A stretch of DNA of 62,885 nt, counting the filler, from Octopus bimaculoides (taxonomy: Eukaryota), in the NCBI RefSeq assembly GCF_001194135.2. It is 9 parts of 8 records of this genome, joined end to end, with 100 filler letters (N's around TTAATTAATTAA, not from the genome) between each part and the next. Parts side by side here need not be neighbours in the genome. Positions count along the whole stretch, not along the records: positions 61,305 to 62,885 come from NW_026321251.1; 8 more parts are not named here. The stretch is one strand, 5' to 3'. Positions 62,300 to 62,885 of this stretch are shown in pieces (the first letter of the stretch is position 1; each line of letters opens with the position of its first letter). A program made the translations under genes and the position numbers. The notes under the pieces were generated by a model. It had not been told where the DNA came from. It saw only the letters and a program-made list of their open reading frames with translations, and did not search any database.

Positions 62300-62885
62300 A
62301 TGGCCATCCACTCGTGACCAAGGAAGACCATTGCCGACCTTCAGGAACATTATATTTTGCATTTGCGGCTCTGTTGGTGGCTAATGAGCCCTGCTCTTGA
62401 CAAGCATACACGACTGCAAACATTGCAGATTAAGCTTCCCCCATTCACTATATGAGCCGTGCGCTTTCGCGCAGCACGCTTAAATTCTTCATGCTGGATA
62501 CGTGCTCTCTCATAAGTGTCGATCCCTTCCTTAACCTGCGTCCTCCATCCGTGGCGATGACAGGCATTGTTCTCCCAGTCAGTGTCCTGCATATCACAGG
62601 CCTTTAATGAGGACTTGACACAGTCCTTAAAGCGCAGCCTTGGTTTCTGCCGGAGTCTCCTTCCATTCACAAGTTCTCCATAGAGCATCTGCTTAGGAAT
62701 CCTGCTATCCTTCATTCTAATAAGGTGTCCAGTCCAACGTAACCGGTGATTGTGCACCATCGCCTCAATACTCAAGATATCAGCTGTCCTCATGATCTGT
62801 TTGTCTGGAACTTTTGAGGTCCAGCCAACATTGATAATGTGCCTGAGACATCTCTGATGAAAGCGTTCAAGGACCCTTACCTGAC
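62300..62885 (-). mobile_element. RTE-clade LINE 3' end (C-terminal C2H2-like finger, 3' UTR, (TGTA)n tail)
   Basis: ORF 62350-62793: RLRWTGHLIRMKDSRIPKQMLYGEL..PRLRFKD..CNVCSRVCLSRAGLISH. Confidence 0.92.

Overview
Repeat-saturated eukaryotic (animal) genomic DNA. The SINE families and microsatellite content suggest a coleoid cephalopod, probably Octopus (inference from recall, not a database search). It is a gappy draft scaffold with N-gaps and eight artificial TTAATTAATTAA linkers. No host protein-coding exon could be supported, and most ORFs in the track are microsatellite or N-run artefacts. The real coding signal is decayed transposons: Helitron Pif1 helicase, mariner, two maT/DD37D elements, a ZNF862-type hAT, Ty3/Gypsy pol plus LTR, CR1/L2-group, RTE (x3), R4-like and Tx1-like LINEs, and four Penelope-like fragments, including Neptune-type and Naiad-type. 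Several tRNA-derived SINE families and MITEs are also present. Most notable: (1) at least six unrelated short repeats each carry a type I hammerhead ribozyme motif, mostly with a palindromic stem III; one is essentially intact, one follows a tRNA-like head, and one has an 88-nt stem II. (2) A 274-bp Merlin-like MITE (42-bp TIRs, 8-bp TSD) is filled with head-to-head TTAGGG/CCCTAA arrays. (3) A LINE and a SINE share a 3' tail with a covarying stem-loop. (4) A convergent inverted RTE pair could form long dsRNA. Coordinates of decayed elements are approximate.
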